Shown here one piece after another: positions 56,930 through 64,000 of a stretch of 64,000 bases of DNA. The stretch lies in the NCBI RefSeq assembly GCF_009914755.1, contig NC_060935.1. The stretch is one strand, 5' to 3'. The notes under the pieces are model-generated. The model was not told where the DNA came from. It did no database searches and was given only the letters and a program-made list of their open reading frames with translations. Both the position numbers and the translations under genes were made by a program. The DNA comes from the human T2T-CHM13v2.0 reference genome, Homo sapiens. Positions within the stretch are counted from its first letter, which is position 1. The number at the start of each line of letters is the position of its first letter.

Positions 56930-57237
56930 GTGGTTTTTTGTTTTTGTTTTTAAGAGACAGGGTCTCACTCTGACAACCAGGCAAGAGTGCAGTGGCACCA
57001 TCTTAGTTCACTGCAGACTTGAACTCCTGGACTCAAGTGATCCTCCTACCTCAGCCTCTCAAGTAGCTAGGACTATAGGTTCGTGTCACCACCCTCAGCT
57101 AGTTTTATTATTTTGTAGAGACAGGGTCTTGCTACATTGCCCAGGTTGGTCTCAAACTTACTAGTCTCAAGCAGTCCTCCTGCCTAAGCCTCCCAAAGGA
57201 GAGGTGACATTGTAGGCTTGAGCCACCATGCCTGGCC
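56930..57237 (-). mobile_element. AluJ (Jo/Jr-like), diverged
   Basis: GAGACAGGGTCTCACTCTG..AACTCCTGGACTCAAGTGATCCTCCTACCTCAGCC..GAGCCACCATGCCTGGCC, flanked by TCTCTGTT repeats. Confidence 0.92.
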
Positions 57238-57539
57238 TCTCTGTTCTTTAAATTGTATAATTCTATTGATCTATCTTCAGTTTCACTGTCATCTCTATTC
57301 TGCTGATTGTCCTCTCAAGTGATTTTCTTATTTCAGATATCGTTTTTTTAAGTTCCCTTTGGCTCTTTTTAATAATTTATCTCTCTCTACTGAGATGTCT
57401 TATTTTTTTTTCAAATTTTCCTGGTTCTTCATATGTTGAGCAATTTTGGATTATATCTTAGACATTGTGACCACTATGCTGTGGAGACTCTAGATTCATT
57501 TATAGTATTCTAAATAGTATTGCAGTTTAAGAAGCTTAC

Positions 57540-57854
<315 letters not shown>

Positions 57855-58384
57855 TTACTTGCTGAGACTCGAACTGCATATTTTGTCTTACCTGCAGTAA
57901 GCAGTAGCTCAAACATCTATTTAGCTCTTTTAACCTTACTTGGGCTACTTGAGATCAATCCTGTTCGTGGATGGTTTGGGGATCAGTCAGAGATTTGTAA
58001 TATAGAAGTTGGGGTTCCCTTTCTGTGGCTTTTTCCTTCCCAAGATTACCTCCTCACCTCTTAGCAGTTGTGGTTGCCCAAAGTCTGTTGCCTTGATTCT
58101 CCAGGTCAGAAAAAAATGCTGCTTTTTTTGCAGCCGGCCCTCATACTAGAAAGCTTGAAAATGACAAACTTACCCAGTTTCTTTCCCTGCATTCTTCCAA
58201 AGCTCATTCTCCTCTCAAGATTTAGTCTGTTTCAAGTTGCTCTTCAGTGCCTTCAGATAGTTGTGTTTTGTCCAGAGTCCATAGTTGTTACCCTCACTCA
58301 ATTTTCAGTGGATTAAGTGGCCCTTTCTCACTACCAACTACTCTCTGATAATAAAGATTTCTTGTATTGCCTTAAAGACATATT

Positions 58385-59405
58385 AAATGATACCATGCTT
58401 TTTCACTCCTTCATGCCTTTACACATTCTATTCCTCTGCCTCCACTGTCCTTTCCTTTGATCTGTTCAATGAAATGTTAGTAAGCCTTTAATGTTTGATC
58501 TCAACTGTCACCTACTCCATGAAAACCTTCCCTGACTGGAAACAACAGATGCTGGAGAGGTTGTGGAAAAATAGGAACGCTTTTACACTGTTGGTGGGAG
58601 TGTAAATTAGTTCAACCATTGTGGAAGAAAATGTGGCGATGCCTCAAGGATCTAGAACCAGAAATACCATTTGACACAGCAATCCCATTACTGGGCATAT
58701 ACCCAAAGGATTATAAATCATTCTACAATAAAGACACATGCACATGTATGTTTATTGTGGCACTATTCACAATAGCAAAGACTTGGAACCAACCCAAACG
58801 TCCATCAATGATACACTGGATTAAGAAAATGTGGCACATATACACCATGGAATACTATGCAGCCATAAAAAAGGATGAATTCATGTCCTTTGTAGGGACA
58901 TGGATGAAGCTGGAAACCGTCATTCTCAGCAAACTATCACAAGATCAGAAAACTAAACACCACATGTTCTCACTCATAAGTGAGAGTTGAACAATAAGAA
59001 CACATGGACACGGGGAGGGGAACATCACACACTGGGGAACATCACACACTGGCTAGGGGAGGGATAACATTATGAGAAATACCTAATGTAGGTGACAGGT
59101 TGATGGTTGCAGCAAACCACCATGGCACGTGTATACCTATGTAACAAAACTGTACCTTTTGCACATGTAACCCAGAACTTAAAGTATGTTAATAAAAAAA
59201 AGAAAACCTTCCCTGACTACTCATCTAGTTGTTCCCATCCCTGATTTACCCAAGCTCTTGTCACATTATTCATTAGTTTATGTGTCTGTCTTGCTGACAA
59301 ATTTGTAAGATTCTTGCAAGAATCATATCTTTTTCATTTTATCCTCTTTGTGCCTGGCATATAGTAGGTACAAATTGATGTTTAGTCAGTGAATGAATTA
59401 ATTCA
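58385..59405 (+). mobile_element. LINE-2 3' fragment split by the L1PA insertion
   Basis: L2 sequence TCAACTGTCACCTACTCCATGAAAACCTTCCCTGACT resumes after the L1 and ends GTGCCTGGCATATAGTAGGT..GAATGAAT. Confidence 0.8.
58538..59201 (+). mobile_element. 5'-truncated L1PA (ORF2 C-terminus plus 3'UTR and poly-A)
   Basis: ORF 58619-58990 is the L1 ORF2p C-terminus (..AIPLLGIYPKDYKS..MWHIYTMEYYAAIKKDEFMSF..HMFSLIS). Perfect 17-bp TSD GAAAACCTTCCCTGACT at 58521-58537 and 59202-59218. Confidence 0.97.
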
Positions 59406-62400
59406 TTATTAGTAAACATGTTCCTCCTCAGCCAGTCATTAAAGAACAATGGGTGAAAGAGGCACTAAGTCAGTCAACACCTTCAACAGCCTTCAGATTG
59501 GGAATTAAACATTCAGTAAGCAATACAAATAACATATAAGTGAAGATGAAAATGAGTATGTGAAAGATCATATTTCCTTATTCTTTCAATCCTACCCTCA
59601 TGCAAATGATTTAAGAGAAGATGAAAGGAAGGGAGAGGACTAATTATTAAAGGTCCACTGAGTGCTAGGTGCCTTTATCTTTCTATTTAATTTTTATAAC
59701 TCTACCAAGTAGAAATTTTCTATACTGATTTTATATATTTTAAAAGACACCAGGTTTTGCCATCCTCAATATTTAAATACCTAAAATTTCAGTTGAGAAT
59801 ATTTAAATTGGAAATAACTCAGATGTCTAGCAATACAACAATGGTATATATATAGTACAAAATATTATGTAGAAGGAAATGAGATAAAGCTATATAAAAT
59901 GACATAGAGCTCCAAGCCATAATTTTAAATGAAAAAAGCATGTAAAGTATAAAGCAATATGTGTAAAAGGGGACACTGTTACCCTGACACGAAATAAAGC
60001 CGCATGTTTCTATGTAATGGTATATATTTGTATGTGATTGTACAAGAAGTCTGAAAGGATACAAAGAAAATTGAAAATAGTAGTTACACTTGGGAAAAGA
60101 AACAGTCTTTAGGGTGAGAAAACACATTAAGAAAAATTTTGCTCATCTTTTTTTCAATAATTATTAATTCAACAAATGCTTAATGATAGTCCACTATATG
60201 CCAGGCACTGTTCTACAATAAGAATGTATTTGTGTCTTACTTGTCTAAATTTAAAATATACTTAATGTTTTAAATGAAAGTATTACCTCAGTAAGAGAAA
60301 CTAAAATAACAGAAAATCTCTAAAGTGCTTAAACATGTGATCTATTATCTTTTTAATGTGCCAGAAGATCAGAAGCTTTTTAAAGATAAGTAAATTAATT
60401 TATTACTACTTTTAAAACCTGTTCTTCCAAATGCAGATTAAAATTCTTATTTTCCAGATCTGGACCCTGTGGAGAAACAAAATGATTCCTCTTGTTTCCC
60501 TTTATAGTACAGTTCCACTCACACCAATTCTTATGAGGTTTGGGGATACATGGTGAAGTCTAAAGTTCTTACTTGGGGTAATTCCAGATATCAATTGGCT
60601 GTCTACAGATAAAAACACACCTTTTTTTATTATTCATATGCTTGAGCAACCCAGAAAGTACATCTGGCCTTCATGAACTTCATTATTGGCTTCACATAAT
60701 AGAGGAATATATGTTTGTCCCTTAAGTTGACTCACTTCCCTGTCTTAGCCAAGTGACTCACAGAGGACATCTTCTCATAAACTTTAATATTGAAATAATT
60801 TGGAATAACTCAACATTTTAACCTGTCAAGTCCCTAATTCTTTCTAATGACAAGAACTTCATCATCACAACAAAAAGCCCATTCCATTTTTAGTCAACCA
60901 TAACTGCTACAAAATTATTTTTTCTGCCTGCCCGTGACTCTGGTTCCCTGAGACTTTCAACTACTAACTTGAGTCTAGCGCTCCACAGTTTCACTCTTTT
61001 CCCTATGACAGCACTCTAGCCATCTCAGGACACCTACTGAATTCTCCTAAGATTTCTGTTTTTCAGAATAAACATGCTTCATTCTTTTAACCTAAGGGAA
61101 GCTTTCGCCAATGAGCCCAGGAAAGAGTAAGAAACTGAATTTCCCTGCAACTAGGCTATTTGTTCAGTTGGAAAAAAAGCAACAAGATTTGGCTTTTACC
61201 TTAATGAAGCAACAGCCTCCTTGGGTAATCATTAAAAATACTTCCTGGCATTTGTTTTCAAAAAAAATATCCCTCTACCTACCTGCACATATATATATAA
61301 GTGACATACACATTGCTCTTCACTTTCTCTTTTAAAATATCTTTTAAATGGGCACTAACCCATCTTCAGCTCATGTGACTTGGCTGTCTACCCAAGAGGC
61401 TACTATCTTCTGCCTTATCACATGGCTTCATTTGAGCCACAGCTCATTTACTAAAAATTATGCTATTTCATTCTTTTAAGCCCACACCTGTGTCTTCTTA
61501 TTTTTGGAACCCTAAGATATCAGGCAAGGAATTAACCACTAAACTTCATCCAATAAACCTTAACCTATAATTAGGCTTAGTAATGTGTCTCTGCTAATTA
61601 CATGCCTTTAACCATCTCAGTTCCATATGCTGGAAATTGTTAACTACTTTGCATCTTTAGAAAATTGGAAAAAATGAAACTTTCAAATCTAGACAACTTA
61701 CGAAGGACATCCACCTAATTCATCCTGGTCCTTAGAAGAACCTAACTTACAATCTTAATCTTATTGGGAGTGCAGGGGTGAGGTGAATATTCATCTTATC
61801 TAGAAAGTTACACCTATGCATTTAAAAAGGAAAAACAAGGTTTCAGTCCTGGCTTTTTTCTGATTTCTGTCCCAGTTTTCCTAGCTGTGAAACAAAGATA
61901 ATAATAGCTCTACTTTAACCATTTCACAGGATTACTATAAGGCCTCAAAGGAATCTACTGACTTTTCATCTTTCCAAATATTGTGAGATTGAAACTTTTA
62001 ATTGTATTTTTACTATGCATATCATTGAAGAAGATGGAAAAAGGCACCATCAGAATTCCATAGTCATTTACTGCTCTAAAATAAAATGCAGATAAGTAAA
62101 AAAATGTATAAGATAATACATGAAAAAGTTCACTTGAAAGTATACCATGTAATAAAAACATAAGGTGCAATGTTATTAATAATGGCACTTTCTATGACCT
62201 CAAGTGAGACATTCTATAAATCCCCTCCTTTTAACACCAAAACATTTTAATTAAATCCTCTTTTTTATCTCCTTTTCCCTCATCACCAACAAAAAAAAGT
62301 TCCAGCATAATCTTTTAGCCTTGGACTTAATTACAAATGCCAGCAAAGATTTACATAGAATACAATATAAGTATATTCTGACATTTCATAAAACCCAGCC

Positions 62401-62994
62401 ATCCTCTCAGACTGACTTCATTTTCTTTTTCATGTTTTTATAACCTTTTCTATATCCTCCTGAAGAAAAACAAAAGCGTCTACCAATATTTTAGCAACTG
62501 GCAACACTATGAATATTTTAGTTATTGTTATCTACCTTAAAACCCTTCCATGTGGTCTCATGGCTTTTCTTTGCAAAAATACTAGGTATTTTTTTCTCAA
62601 CTGTGTCCTAAATTTTTCCAGATTTTTAGAGCCCATTATAGCATTTCCACAAAAGATTATAGCCACTGGGGCTGCTCCATGAGTTTATAATTTGAAAGTT
62701 CAGTTCCTGTGTCCAGGAATACAGATTCCCCAAAGCGAGGACACAAAGTGACAGACTACACTGAAAAACAAGAAACAAAAATGAAGAAAAGCTGTTAAAT
62801 GTTTTATAGCTAGATATTAAGAAACAAAAACATTTCTACCGCCATCCGCACCCCAATCTTAGAGCATCAAGTTGCATAATTTTCTCTAAACAGTGTATCC
62901 AAACCAACCAACAGACTCTATTTTTATGTACTTTGCTTTCTGTCAATCTCCCTTTTTTCACTTTCTCATTCACTACATTCCTCTTCCTGATAAC

Positions 62995-63530
62995 AACAAC
63001 AAATATTTACTGAATGCTTATAATGTGCAAGACCGTGTGTGCTACATGCTAAGTAAAACATCCAAGAACAAAATGGGCCAGTCCGGAGTGAAGGACAGAC
63101 ACTAAACAAAAACCACACAGATACATAATTTCAAATTGCAATATCTGCTATAAAATAAAGGATGAGAAACAAGATCCTTGCAGGGAGACAAGGTTTGCAT
63201 TGGAAGGAGCAAGGAGGGTTTCTCTGAAGAAATGACATTTAAACAGGGACCTGAAGAATGAATAGGAATCACTCTGATGAAGAGTGGAAACAGGTGCATT
63301 CCAGGTGAGAACACAGCATTATGTGAATATCTTGGTGTAAAAAAGAATTTAGAGGGTCCAAGAAACTGTCACTAGACCAGTACAGCAGCTGGATCAGAAA
63401 GAATGATTTGGGAGAAAGACAAGAGCTGAGGCTGGCAATAGAGGGGTCAGATTCTGTGGGGCCAGGGTCTTTTATGCTAAGAATATTTTTGTTTGTTTAA
63501 TTAAAGTATAATAGGAAGCTAAGAAAAAGT
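62995..63530 (-). mobile_element. LINE-2 fragment
   Basis: Reverse terminus CAACAAATATTTACTGAATGCTTA; GGAGGGTTTCTCTGAAGAAATGACATTTAAACAGGGACCTGAAGAATGA; CATTCCAGGTGAGAACACAGCA. Confidence 0.85.
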
Positions 63531-64000
63531 ATTTCTTGGATCCCAAAGAATGGTAGGTGGGGTTTTCCCTACCATACAAGGAATATGGAATTTAAGCATA
63601 TATTATTTTAAGAAGCATGGGAATGAAAGACACAAAATGCATGAGTCATTATCACTAGCATGACGACAGGGAGATATAAAACTAGAAAAGGCTTCAACTA
63701 TATTGGTAATATTTTATTTCTTATAAACACAGGTATTTATACCATTCTTTAGACATTTTTATATGAGTGAAATTTTCATAATAAAAATTGTTTAAAGAAT
63801 TAATGAATGCTAAGAATTCACTGATTTATTTCCCTTCCCTCTTCTTTCTCAGGCTCATATCAAATCTTTCAATTTTGAGAAATTCAAGCACATAGAATTT
63901 AGAGATCTCCCCTCTTATACGTTTTGTTTCCTGAGCCTTTATTCGCTAGACTTTTAGCATCAGATGTTAGGGGTTCTTTAATTAGCTTATCTTTTGTTTT

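Noticed and set aside
58619-58990. 123-aa ORF with clear protein-like sequence
   Set aside because: C-terminus of L1 ORF2p in a 5'-truncated, promoterless L1PA.

Overview
AT-rich, CpG-poor primate genomic DNA (human or a very close ape, as AluY elements are present). The window lies inside the SOX6 gene, which is on the minus strand. Only one securely coding segment is present: the first coding exon (8877-9117; 4 nt of UTR plus codons 1-79, [10 protein letters not shown]...SSQQRM). The rest is intron or 5' regulatory sequence. It contains 8 Alu/FLAM elements, L1PA and older L1M fragments, many L2 and MIR relics, DNA-transposon relics (Tigger4a/4b, MER44A, MER6B, MER5), an LTR33-type solo LTR and several microsatellites. 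I found no new stand-alone biological system. The best leads are: (i) an upstream exon and promoter at ~23.96-24.6 kb, whose AUG gives either an in-frame 27-aa N-terminal extension of SOX6 or an overlapping out-of-frame uORF, depending on which of two 5' splice sites 44 nt apart is used; (ii) paired SOX sites upstream of that exon; (iii) two GGAA microsatellites of the EWSR1::FLI1 enhancer type, one born in an Alu tail and one flanked by G-quadruplex motifs; (iv) a second candidate upstream exon at ~50.1-50.3 kb; (v) several small mutational footprints. Repeat families were assigned by eye from remembered consensus sequences, and boundaries of old repeats are approximate.
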